Source: Setoptus koraiensis
Lineage: Eukaryota > Animalia > Arthropoda
DNA: 64,000 nucleotides
Direction: 5' to 3'
Assembly: GCA_048013815.1 (NCBI GenBank)
Contig: CM106585.1
Span: 14,322,001-14,386,000 of the forward strand
Part shown: positions 51,324-64,000 of the stretch, piece by piece
Layout: the number at the start of each line of letters is the position of its first letter
How positions within the stretch are numbered: the stretch's first letter is position 1
The notes under the pieces: generated by a model
The model's database searches: none
Told to the model about the DNA's origin: nothing
What the model saw: the letters and a program-made list of their open reading frames with translations, nothing else
Translations under genes and position numbers: made by a program

Positions 51324-54300
51324 CTGGCTGATACATTAAAGCTTCAGCTCGGCTAATGCTTCAAATGACGATTTTATTATTATTTTGTGTTGTTGTATTG
51401 CTGCTGCTGCCGCGACGACCATTTAATCTAATCTGTTTCTCTTTTTCTCTAAGCACATTTATGTTATTATCATTATGTATCACGATTATGTTCAAATAAA
51501 ATATGTTGTTGTTGTTGTTGTTAATAATGTAGCTGCTGCTGCTTCACTTTGCACTGTTGTTGGCAATCTAGTGGATATTTGAGGTTGCTGGCGATGCCAG
51601 TAATAGAAACATTGTCGTATGTGTGTGTGTTGTTTTTGTTGCTGTTTTAAGTGCTGCTGCTACTTCGAACGCTCTACTACTATTGCGACGACGACGACGA
51701 CGACAACGACAACGACGACAACGACAACAACAACAACGACGACGGCCGCTATATGACGGCTGCTATGTGATACGAGCTTGCTGCTGCTGCTGCTGATATT
51801 GCTGCCGTTTGTGTTGCTGCTGCTGCTGCCGATGATGATGATACGACCTCGCGCCTACTCATATGAGACACATAGATATACATTTTGTTGGCCTGGCGCA
51901 CTCACACAACAACAACCGCGCCAACAACGGCATCCACCATGACGCCGACTAGCAAGCCACCGCGACACCACACACAACAACGCGCACCGTACCCCGCGTG
52001 CGGTGCCCAGCCAACGGGGCCCGCTCGATGGGCACCGCAAGGGCCGCCTCAGAGCCGTTTCAGCCACATAAACGTAGCAAACAAACGATGCCCGCCGGCC
52101 TACCCCGTGTGTCCAGCCCGCGGTGTGGTACCCGCGGTGCGGTGCCCGCGATGCGTGTGTCAGCCCAAACTAGTGGCGAGTGTGCGCAGTGCGCTCGCAA
52201 CCAAGCCAGATACTCGCCACTACGCCGACCATAGCGACTGTGGCGACTATAGCGACTCACGGGGGGGGGGGCTATAGCGACGTTCGCGACTCGCTCCAAT
52301 GCGGCAAAAACGCAATAACACGGCACACTGTTCCCGCAATGTGGCCTCGCTCGCGGCCCGGAGCATGCGCGCCCGCTCGTCGACTCACTACTGTGAGCCT
52401 ATGAGCCTGTGCGTGCGTGCGTGTGTGTGTCTTAATTGTGTGAGCCAGCCAGCATTCCCGGAGGCGAGCTCTGTTCCGACGAGCAGCTATCGCACATTGT
52501 GGGGCCCGCCAGCACACAGCCTGCCGAGCACACGGTCCGTCGGAACAGGCCGACGAGCGGGGGGCGCACACGAGCCGGCGCAATTTTACCATTTTACGTT
52601 CATTTCGTGCATGTGCACATCGGCGCGCCCGACAAGCGACCTGGGACTCGGCTCGTCGGGGGCCAGTTGGGGCCCGCCGACGGGTTGGCCCCAACTGGCG
52701 CTGTTGTCAGTGTCGTCGCTCTTTCTGTGCCAGGCACTGTCACAGGCGCCAGAGTACTCAGAGATGAGCAGCTCATTAACTCACTAACTCACTGTCGGCT
52801 ACAACTGCTGAATAGACGTAATTTACGTGATACGTGCAACGTGCAACGCCAACACACTCCTGTCAGTGGCACATTAGCACGCGCACAGAAGTGCACATGG
52901 GCGCTTTTTTCAGCCGTTGCGCCGATGTGTTGGCGCTATATTATCGCGTGTTAGCATATTTACGCGCCACACAATTTGCACAGGCCCGTTGGGTTACGTA
53001 AGCGCACGGCGGCGCGTTACACGTAACCTAACGAGAACTAACTAAAGAACTAACTGGCGCAACCTAAACAACTTGAGATGACCATTGTCGTCTTGTCGTT
53101 GGTTTAAACAACCGGAAGTGCCCAAATGATTAGCGAAGCGGGCGTCGGCCGTTCACCCGGCCTTGGCGAGTGGTCGCGCAAAACGCTGTTGAAATGGCGC
53201 CGAAATCGAGGCTACATCCGATCAATCATATCATCGTCAGACGATCGGCGCGCAACGCGCCGGGCCCCGCTGATTGGTCGCGATGTGCTTACGTTACCAT
53301 TAGCGACAATCGCGCCCCATACACACACACACGCACAAACTAAGATGGAGCTGTCACGAGGCGAGTTAATTCCGAGGCGAAGTGAGCGAAATCGCCCGGC
53401 GACAATAGCAACATTTGTGTGCAGCGTTGCGGCAGTGGGGCCCCGGCGGTGGCGGCCAGCGAACCGCAATATGGCGCGCTGTTCAAGCCGGACCAGTGTC
53501 GCTGGGGCGCGTTGTGCCATTGTGCGCCGACGGCACAGCAGCAAATAGTGCACATATGATGTACGAATGATATATGAATATAATGTAATATTTTTTTTTT
53601 GATATGGCAAGGATATGGCGCGCATATAGCGGGTACGTGGCGCGCATATAGCTGGTACGTGGCGAGGACATAGCGGCGCTATAGCGGGGACATGGCGGCC
53701 ACATTGTGAGGACATAGCGGCCACATTGTGAGGACATGGCGAGGACATTGCGACAACATGAGCTGGCGCCCGAGCTGGTGGTGGCGAGCCAAGCGTAACC
53801 GCCTACGATAATTGCGCCCGACTGGCAGCGCCGCGAACAAAAAAGAAGTAAAGTGTTTCCATGTGCGAGCGTTGGCTTGCTTACGTAACGCCGTCGACGA
53901 GGGGCGACTTGAGCCAGGCTGCGCGCTCTCATCGGGCCGGCCCGGCTCGACAGAACGAGGCCAAGAAAAGAAAGTGCGGTGAGATTTACAGGTGAGCTTT
54001 GTGTGGCTGGCTGGCGCCATTGTGTTGCGTTGAGCCGCTTTCATCGTTGTCGCCGTTCACCGTTATGAATGCGATTGTTGAAAGCGACCCGCTCAGGTCA
54101 TTCACAATGGGTGTGCGTGCGTGTGTGTGTGTGTGCAGTGGGGCCCCAAAAAGTCCATATCGTCGCCGAGGCCGTTGTGGTTGGCGCTGTTGTGGTTGTT
54201 GTTGGCGCTGGCGTTTCTGATGAACGGCGCTGCCGTTGCTGATTATAACGACCGACGGAATAAGTAGCGGGCTGGCAGTGAACGGATAAATGGGCAACAG

Positions 54301-56709
54301 CATCAGGCCAACAGCAGGCCGGCCCGCGCAGCTAACAAGCTCCCACACGGTGGCGCACAACGGGCGCCTTGCGAAAAGTTATAATATTCCGACAGTGCGC
54401 CCGCCATTTCGCCCGCTATTCCGCCGTTCTTGCGCGAACGGCTATCCAGTCAGCCAGCTAGCCTTTTGCCAGCCAGCCAGCCAGCCGGCCAGCGAGATAA
54501 ATACGCAATCTCGGGCGCGTTTGTTCAACTTGGCCCCGCAACTGCGACGGGCTCGCCGGAGTGGATAAACGCGAGAGTGGCCCGACGCGCGCGCTAAGCC
54601 AGCGACTGTGCGCGCCAGTGGGGCCCGAATGGCGCCCCTACTTTGCGCCTCGCCTCACCTTTCTTTCGGTGGGCGCTGCTGCTGCTGTTACCGCTGGCCG
54701 TTGCGCCATAGCAGTGGCCGTCGTGTCATCGTGCTGGCGCCACCGCCGCCATCGTGTCGCGCGGGCCCCGAAATGTGTGAGATTTAAGCACGCCATAGCG
54801 CACAACAACTTAACAAGTATATGGCATGTGTAAAAAAGCCACCAGCAAAACACGACCGCCAACAGTTATGTAATGCGTTTATGGCCGGGCCCTCGATTGG
54901 TCTGGTGGCGCCGTTTCTGGCCGACTGCGTGTGTCGAGCACCGCGTGTGCGTTTATCCGTGTGTTCGCGGGTCCATTAGCGGACCGCCGATTGAGCAAGG
55001 TGAGCCCGCCATTTGCGCCAGCGCAAACATTCTGGCCAACTGCACGCCAAGACGAGCGCTCTGTTATGACCAATGTCGGCCAATGTCAGCCGATCGGCCG
55101 CTCGGTCGGTCCGTCGGTCGGCAAGTCGGTCGGTCGGCAAGTCGGCCAGTGAGAGGTCGAGCGAGGGCCAAAGATCGACAGCCAAAGACGCAGCGGATTG
55201 GGTGCCGCTGCGTGGCGGAAGCAACTGCAGTTTGCAGTCATTTCCAGTTCCAAATCGAATTGGAAAGGCCAGTGGCGGCCCCGGGGCGAGCGAGCGGCCA
55301 GCGGGCCCCACTGACATCAACATCGATCTTTGTCAATCGCTTTCTGCGTTCGCTCGGCGAGCGCGCCCAATGCGCCTGTGCGCCACTAAATTGCAGCTAT
55401 CTCTTTTTCCACTCATCCGGTGGCCAGTTCATTTTTGCCAGCCCGCCATTCGGCTCGCCCGCCGTTCGGTCGCTCGACCGCTCAACCGCTCAGCCAGAAA
55501 TAGCAGTGGGCCCGAAATGAGGCCCGACGCGACACAAATGGGCCACGATTTGCAAAATAAAAATAAAAATGAGGCCTGTCATGGCGTTTCGACTGTCAAG
55601 TAGCAAACGATTGATAACATCATAGAGGCAACGCAGTTACGGCGTTCGCGCTTGTTTTAGTTGACGCCAGATGATAATTTATGACTGCCAGTGAGTGGCT
55701 TGCTTTTCGCGGCCATACACGCGGGCTTTTGCGAGCCCTCGGCTTTTCGCGGATTTCGTGGCAATCATGAAAAGAGTCAGACAATCGTAAAAGCGACCAA
55801 AAGCCGAAATTGTATAGAAACAGACAATTGGAGCAACAAAAAAGCGGCCACCCAATGTGAACCGATTGTGTTCAGGTAAGCGAGGCCTTGGCCCCGTTGG
55901 CCGGCCAACATCATCACCTGTCGTAGGCAGTCGTAGGCATGCAATGGCTCGCCAGTCCCACGATATTGTCTCAATTGTCTGCATTTCCTGGCCTGACATT
56001 CTGACACATCGTCATGCATTCTCGCTTAGACCGTGGCATGCGGGCGCTCGTCCGCTGACCCGCTGGCCCCACTATTTGGCGCCAGTTACTGGCGCCACAA
56101 CAACAAATAGCAAATCGTCCATCATTAGTTTGATACACGGCTTTTCGATAAGCTGTTGCCAATGTAACAAGTCCGACTATTTTTAACTTTATTTTCAACT
56201 TTGGCGAAGCTCTAATACACTTTCGTCAATACAAATTACTAGATATCTGGCTGTATATGGTGCCGGGTCGTCTCGGATTTCTGCGCCGCTTGGATATATT
56301 TGGCGGCGGATATTTTTTGTGCGCATTAGCTGACGAGTTCGCGATTCGCAAACATTGTGTGTCAGTTGCGATTTGCCAGGCAAACTTGAGCCAGCCGCGC
56401 TCTGATTTGCCACACGCAGTCAAGCGACCAGTTATCGACTGTCGAGAACGTTTCCACTCGAGAACATCCGACAACAAGGCTTGCAAGTTGCAATATTATC
56501 CTATGCCGACCCGTACCAACGATCGAGACGAAAAAAAGTTGGAAAAAAGGAGCCGAAAATTGTCCCTTGCTTTTTCCCACCAAATCTCTGTGTCTCTGTC
56601 CGTTGCCGAAACTATCCGCTGTTTACCAAATCTGCTAGAGTATCCACCGAACGATTGCTATATCGTATGACTATCCGCACACCATGCTGAAATGTCAAAT
56701 ATCGCCGCA

Positions 56710-56940
56710 CGGAGCCGGGTTGTGCAAAATTTTTTTCAGTTTTTCGGACAGTTTTTCGGAGAGTTTCGGAAAGCTTCGGAGAATTTTAGAGAATTTCGGA
56801 GAGTTTCGGAGAATTTCGGAAAAATTTTTTCGGAGAGTTTCGGAGAATTTCGGAAAATTTTTTTCGAAGAGTTTTTTCAAAGAGTTTTTTCAGAGCGTTT
56901 TTCAGAGAGTTTTTCAGAGCGTTTTCCAGAGTTTTCTCTT
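56710..56940. repeat. Degenerate ~10-nt minisatellite (TTTCGGAGAR)
   Basis: Repeated tttcggagag/tttcggagaa/ttttcagag units. Confidence 0.85.
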
Positions 56941-59900
56941 ACTTTGTGCGCCCAATTTTCGCGTGTCGAACAGAGTTGTTGCCCTCATGGCAGCGTCGTT
57001 TTTTCGCCCCCCCCCCCCAAAAAAATATAATGTCGACGAGATGGTATCGGTGAGCGCGAGCACTTTCCGAAAGCATCACTGCTCAATGGCCCGATGGTAA
57101 ATTATTCCATTAGCCTAAGTACTTATAATGAAAGTGCTTAACTTATAATCTTGCCATTCATCAGTGGGCGCCTGTTGATGTGGCACGAAAAATTCAGGAG
57201 CCGCTAGATTTTTCGCTAGGCAACCGATTTTTATATCGGGCCTAGCGAAAAATCGGCAGTGTGCCTAGCGTGCACACTGCCGCCCACGCGGCCGCCCAAT
57301 ATATCGCACACAAGGCCACGTTACGTAACGGTGGCTGTGCAAACATGACGATGTACATGGGAGAGCCGAAAATTGAGTCAGTTTATTTGTAACATGTGCA
57401 GAGACAGAGATTTTTGTGGGAAACGCATGGAAATGCGCACACTCTCTTATTTAATAAAATATTTATATTGTAGGCATGCACGTAAAAATGTTTATGTTAA
57501 TACGAATGACTTGTGTCACGCCGTCTCGCCACCGCGTTCACCATTCGAGTGTTCGAAAGTGAATTCGATTCGAACCGATTCGCGGCTCTTCGATGTCTTG
57601 CAAATCGGAACATGCGTGCGTGTTCTTGTGTTCGCTTATTCGTGTCAGCGTTGGTGTCATCCAATGAGACTGCATAATTTGTTTTGACTTGGGTGCGCGT
57701 GACCGTCGGCTGCAGCTTGCAAGTTGTCATAGGAAAGTGCTGCCATCGAGCGAATTACAACCACTTAATCAGGTTGCCTCGTTATCATACTCACAATGTA
57801 CATACATACAATGCAACAACGTAACCTCTCTATTGCGCAACCTTGATTATTATGGGGCAATCCGATTGAGTTTGTGGATTACATAATACATAGTGCTATA
57901 CTCGTATATGGCTCGCATAGTGCGATATAAGAGCGATTTCACAACTTATCGGCTAATTTGAATAATAACAATTATAATTGCAACATTTAAATGAACAATC
58001 TCCGCGAATGAGCGAAATAATTAATTACAATTTGTTCGCATGAGAGTGACACGATAATTACTAATTAATAATTACGTTTGCAGCAACCAACGTAATTACC
58101 CAGCCCGGCAATGCGATGAATATAATAAAATGAAATGAATATAATAACGCAATGATGAATATAAATCGCTGTTACGCGAACGCGTTCGTTTCATTGCCGA
58201 CGAATGCGGTTGGCTTCTCGAAAAAACAAGTTGTTCAATTCAACAAAACCGAGTTATACAAAAAGTGAGCAATTGCGCGCTAATACAGTGTTATTAGCGG
58301 TCTATGTGTAATTTACACAGTGTAAAATCTGATTCGATGTCTCCCGACAAAGTTTGATATTGGATTGGATTTGATTTGATGACAATTGGCATAATTGATT
58401 TCGATTGAACGAGCGCGGACAGCGACTGCTCATCGACAACAATGTGCAATGTCGCAAATTACGTCAGGTCACCATTATTGGGCTTATCACAATGTCAAAT
58501 GAAGACAGCGCACTTACCGGCTGCCATATGGCACATATTTCACATATTTTTGTTGTGCTGCTCAACGATGTTGCATAACGGGATCGTTGGGCGGCCTTGT
58601 GGGCAAACTGGCCACTAGCAATGGCGCCAGCAATGCCGCCAACAAATGCTGGCAATGGCCCATGTCAGCAATCATAAATTATTATGCGCAACGATCGTTA
58701 TGCCAACAGCAACATTTCTGAAAGTGCCGGGCCAAGTTGCAATGTCCGGCCCGAACACAATTTGTTTGGCGGTTTAATTGAAACATTGCACACACAAACG
58801 CGTAGACACAATCGGCCAGATCGCATCTGATAAGCTGGATATTATCCAGTGGATAAGCTGCATGTTATCCAGTGCATGAGCTGCATGTTATCCAGTGGCT
58901 GAGCCAGAGAGGACGATGGAATTTATGCGACTCGAGTTGCCGTCATAATCGACCTAATACTGACGGCGGACGCTGTCAGTATTACGATTACGATTATTAT
59001 TGTTATTGGGGCCCGTTATTAGTGGCCGGTGCTGGCACTTATTTCATGGGCGCCGTCTCGCCGACCAGTGGTCGGCTTGTATCACTCGACATGTATATAA
59101 ATGTATGGCGATGGCCTGGGAGCCGCGAGCCCGAGACCGAGAGCCCGAGATCGAGCGGGCGCAACAGCGGCACTGCCGAGCGATAGATGGTTGTTGTATC
59201 GGTGTCGGCACGAGCGCTCGCCGGTGCCACTCGCACCTGACCGACATGATAATGGGCAGAGACAACGAGAGCATTATTATCATATTATCTGTCAGGTGGT
59301 TGAGTTGTTGTGACGCAAGCGAGCCGCGCTAAATTATGACGGTTATGACGGGCGCAACAATGAGAGTTAAATGAGAGTCGGCTTGTCGTTATTCGAGGCG
59401 CGTCGTTTGCGAGCCGAGGCCGTATTTTTAAGCGGCACGAGCAGCACGAGCAACACGAGCAGCACGAGCAACACGAGCAACACGAGCGGCAACATTCAAT
59501 TGTTTGTCGGTCGTTAGCGCTCGCTATAAGTCGGCGCTATGTAACGGCAATTGGCTCCAATGCTGCAACTTGTAACGCAACTTGCCGCAAGTCGCCGGTT
59601 GCTCAAGTTGGCCAAGTCACTCAAGAATGGCGCGTTACGTCAGTGGATGACGTAACTCATTCTCAGCGTTTCTCATCATCGACAAACCACTGCTTGCAAC
59701 AGCAGCGACAACACCGCGGCGACCGCGGCAACAACGACAACCGCGCCGCATACACAACAACAAGACTATAAATAATGTGGCGCCAATTCCATGTTGTTGT
59801 TGCCGTCGATGTTGTTGTTGCCGTCGTTGTTGTCGAGCCGGCATGAATAACGAGCCCTAGAGGGCCCATTGAGTTGTGCCGCTCGACTCGAGTGAGCAGC

Positions 59901-60005
59901 TCAAGTGAGGCCAGCTGCCGGTGAACTTGATTGGTACAAGTGGTCGCTATGTCCCAGCGCGTCGCCGGGACATCAAGTGCGCCGGCCGGCTAACGGCCCC
60001 ATGTA

Positions 60006-60045
<40 letters not shown>

Positions 60046-61325
60046 TGTAATATCCATCGGATATTGCGCGCCCCAGCCAGCCAGCCCGTGCAAAAACATG
60101 GCAACCCGTGCAACTGCATAACATGCATATCTAACTGCTTATCTAACTTGTAAGATCGCCCATGAGGGCGCTTCAGACGATTAGTTTGTCAATTTGGCAG
60201 TTTGGCGCATCGCCGCATATCCACTGTATGTATTATACAGTGTATAAGCGCTGTAAAACGTGAGCCCCGGGTTTGTTGGTTGTGATGAGACGAAACGGCC
60301 CCATCTCACGCATCTTATCTCTTGCGTCTCGTTTGACGCGTTTGAGTAGGTGCATGTAAGTGTAAATGTTGACAGTGCCAAAGTGCGCCCCCGAATATCG
60401 ATATTTATGTCGATATTTATGTTTTCGGTGGCACGACAATTCATTCGTTTCGTTGGGGCACGTTGATCCACGTGCGCCACTTGAAGCGAGCTAGACGCGC
60501 TCAAGTTTACAAGTTGAACAGCCAGTCAGAGTTTAAATTGAGTGAGTTATGGCTAACTAACAAGTGCCAGTCACGGCGAGCCGCACGTGGTGCCTCTCGC
60601 CACTCCGAGCCCATTCCAGTGCCATTCCAGTGCCGTTCCAGTGCCGTTCCAATGCCCTTCCGATGGGGCCAGCCTCGAGCTCACGTGTCGCACGAGCTCG
60701 CACGAGCTCGCATTGTCTGGTATCATATTGGTGTCGTGATGGCAGTGTTGCTGCCGGCGCCAACATTTTGAAACATTTCGCCGGCAGATCGCCGGCAGAT
60801 CGTCGGCAGGACCCCGTCAGCGGTCAGGATGGCCGCTGGCACTATTGCGCGAGATTATTTATTATTTGTTTATTTGTTTGCGACGACTTTGCGATTGTGC
60901 CATATCGACGCCGTCGCCGGGGCACCGGCGAGCCGTCACTCGATATTGATATATCGGTGGCGCAAGTTGGGGCCCGCGAATCGAAGCCGCGCGATCCGTA
61001 TGGCGCTCGCTCTCCTCGCCGGGCACCTCGCGCGTGTGTGTGCGTGTGGGTGTGTTTTAATTTTGCCGCGAAGCCTCGGCCGCGCGACATCCCGGCATCT
61101 TGACATTTAGCCCATTTGGCCATCTCTGCCGCATCCGTGCCACGTTCACGGGGCCCCGGATTCCATGGGGCCTCGGATTTCGTGGGGCCCAGGCCCCGGC
61201 CACAGCGACGCCGATTGTGTGGGCCGGCCAGAGGCGATGCCCGGCCCCCTCCCAGCAAAACTCATCTAACTCATTGGCGAGCTGGCTTGCAGGCCTCATC
61301 CGTTTGGTGGCGCATGAAATGTGTG

Positions 61326-61366
<41 letters not shown>

Positions 61367-63899
61367 GTGGGGCCCCGCGAGAGAAGCACCTAAGGCGACG
61401 ACTAACATTATCTGCGACGCCACCAACTCAAACAGGGGCACGCTCGTTCCGTCTGGCCATTTCAAACTATTGCCGGGCAAACAATGCGCACATTGGCCGC
61501 TCTGCTAGAACAATTATTTATATTTATATTTATCCGAGCGACTGTTTGCCAACGCTGCACGTAGTCGCAGATAAAGCCACTCGGCTGCTACCGTTGCCGA
61601 GACGCATTATAACAATATACAAGTTGTCTAGTGGCAGCCCATAAGTTTCGCGGCACATGTAGCCGCGAATGTGCAAATGGCGCTGGACGCCATTGGAGCA
61701 GTGATGCGCTTGCAGTTGGGGCCCCCGTAAGCCGGCACGACGCCTCGTTGGGGCCAGAAGGGATTCGCCAGTGTTCGATGGGTTTGAGCACGTTGGCCAG
61801 CACGCTCTTCGGTGCCTGGTTGCGTGGCCCGGCGCTAGGCGGCCAACGCGGGGACACCTAGCGGCGTGAGCACGGGTTACACCGCCGGGGATACGAAGCC
61901 GCGACTCTGACACAAATCGCGGCGATCGGACTGGCGCGCTGGGGGACCCTCCGCAGCTGAGGTGTCGCAAATGGCCAGCCCACTAATTGATTGAACGAGC
62001 GGTCAGTTGTTGCCGCAACCGACCGCTAGAGACCCGCCAGTAGAGACTGTCCAGTGGAGACTCTTCTGTGGAGACTGTCCAGAGGAGACTCTTCACTAGA
62101 GACTGTCCAGTGGAGAGGCCCCAGCCCAGCCGCCCCCTAGGAGCCAGGTCAAGGACTCAAGATTGATGCGCGATCGAGTTGTGAGTCACGTGGGGGGCCT
62201 TGGGCCGCCGACAAAATTTCATCCGGCTGTGGGGCGCTTAGCAGCCAAATGAGATTTCTGACGCCCTAATCATGGACGCACCGGAGCACGCGGTCGGCCA
62301 ATTTGCGCAGAAATTGGCCGGCATCTCGCAAAAATCGCGTCGGTTCTCTGACGACGCTGTGTCGCCCCAGTGGGGCCCAGAATGTGTGCAATGGGCCGCC
62401 TGGCGTGTGTTTCAACTGGCCAAACCAACCAACTCAGCCGGTATCCGCTGGCCACTGTATTCACAACCTGTTTGTGTTTGTGCAGCACGGTGTACGGCGC
62501 GGCGCGGCGAGCGTGCGGATCACGTCGGCGCTGTTGTTTGGGGCCCCGCTTGATAACATCAACACTGTGGCGGCAGCAGCAGTATCACTCGTGAGCGCTG
62601 GTCAAGGCCACCCGAGGCAGTGTTATATAATCGATATTATATAACAATCATCAGTTGTGAGTGTGTACATACATCACATGGGTGCCAGCAGCGCTGTTGT
62701 TGGCCACTGTTAGAGCTCAGTTTGTGCTGAGTATAATGCAATAAATCAATTGATCGCCTGGCTCGGCTCGCTGGCGCGGGAGCCCCAAAACAAACACACA
62801 CCAGCTAGCAGTTGTCTTGGCGGTGTTGTGCGCATCAGCTGTTGGCAGCGAGGCGCGATGTGGGGCGCCAATGATGGCACAGCGAACAGATACAGCGGCA
62901 CCAATATTATACACTGTTGTATACACTGCAATGCAGTGACTGCATACAGCGACCGGCCCAGACCCAAAACGAGCGAGTTTACTGGCCCGTTTATCGGGGC
63001 CCCCGCTAACGTGGGCCGGCCTCAGGAAGTGATGCCTATGCCTAGGCAGCAGAAGGGGCCGTTGAAAACTGTTTCACGGGTCGCTTTTTTGTTGCTTGTG
63101 CTCGGTTGGTTGGCCGACTCAAGCGGGTTCAAGTGACGACCGATGCGCGCCACAACTGCCTATGGGGCCAGTTTAAAGACGCAACAACGGACAGGTGAGA
63201 GCCAGAGACGTGGCCAGCGAGAGCGAGAGAGAGAGCGAGCAAAGAAAACTGGACCAGACCAACGCTCTGGCCCATTTATCATCATCATTCATGGGGCCAT
63301 CACACAGCGGCACGCCAGCCAAACTAATACTGTTTGCATGTATCTGTTTGGATGTAAATAAGCTCGTTACGGCTGCAGATATAATAAAAATGATGATAAA
63401 TGAGCGCAGCCAGCCTATCACAGCTTAAGCTGTGCCACATCAGCTGACGATATGTGGGCCCCAAAGCTGACGATATGTGGGCCCCAAAGCTGACGTCACT
63501 TGTTTGTTTGTATGTGTGCTTACCTGTTTGTTTGTTCTTTGTGTCTAGCCACGTCTGTCAGCTTGTGTCAGAGCTAGCTAAAGCTGGGCTGTGTGTGTGT
63601 GTGTATGCGTTTCATGTGGGGCCCGGCGGTTGTTGTATCTAACGACGAATCTTAAACGACGAAGCGAGCAAAGAAGCGGCTCGCCAGTTAGTCATCGGCT
63701 CGTGCTGTCAGCTGTGTGTGTGTGTGTACGCGCTGAGTCTACCTGAGAGATACACTGTCTGACTAGTCAGTGTGCATAGTAGACAACGCGTAGAGACGGG
63801 CAAATATCGAGCCAGCGAACTGACACTGTTTGCCGAGGCACCGAACAGCGTCATCCAGCAACTGGCAGCAAAAGGGCCCAAGGGGCCCGCGCAAACTGA

Positions 63900-64000
63900 G
63901 CAGCCGAGCCAGCCGAGCAGCCGAAGAAGCCGAAGAAGCCGGAGAAGCCGGAGAAGCCGGAGAAGCCGAAGAAGCCGGAGAAGCCGGAGAAGCCGGAGAA
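63900..64000 (+). repeat. 9-nt tandem repeat (GAAGCCGGA/GAAGCCGAA) running off the window end
   Basis: Direct reading. Confidence 0.9.

Noticed and set aside
51855-63642. Numerous 60-180 aa Arg/Ala/Pro-rich ORFs upstream of CaMKII
   Set aside because: Overlapping on both strands, mostly non-ATG starts, no recognisable domains; expected in GC-rich non-coding DNA.

Overview
Eukaryotic (animal, probably arthropod/mite-like) genomic scaffold with spliceosomal GT-AG introns, many microsatellites and a 500-N gap at 21047-21546. I found no prokaryotic features, rRNA, tRNA or CRISPR array. The window appears to hold two tandem versions of one gene block. The compact version (~3.8-9.8 kb) has a Pgant5/GALNT1-like O-glycosyltransferase (+), an intronless CIR1 (+) and an N-terminally truncated CaMKII (-). 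The expanded version (~10.9-50.6 kb) has the intron-rich Pgant5 (3' half missing at the gap) and a full CaMKII (-) spread over ~27 kb. Aligned regions look roughly 90-100% identical by eye. The compact GALNT has lost two introns precisely, has internally shortened retained introns, and lacks a 357-nt in-frame exon segment. The compact CaMKII is a mosaic of a recently shared kinase region and a much older, intron-free hub. The largest intron of the full CaMKII contains a 1.2-kb phase-compatible open exon encoding a hydrophobic segment, suggesting a membrane-anchored (alphaKAP-like) CaMKII product. All alignments, counts and splice calls were done by eye and need confirmation with long reads and RNA-seq.
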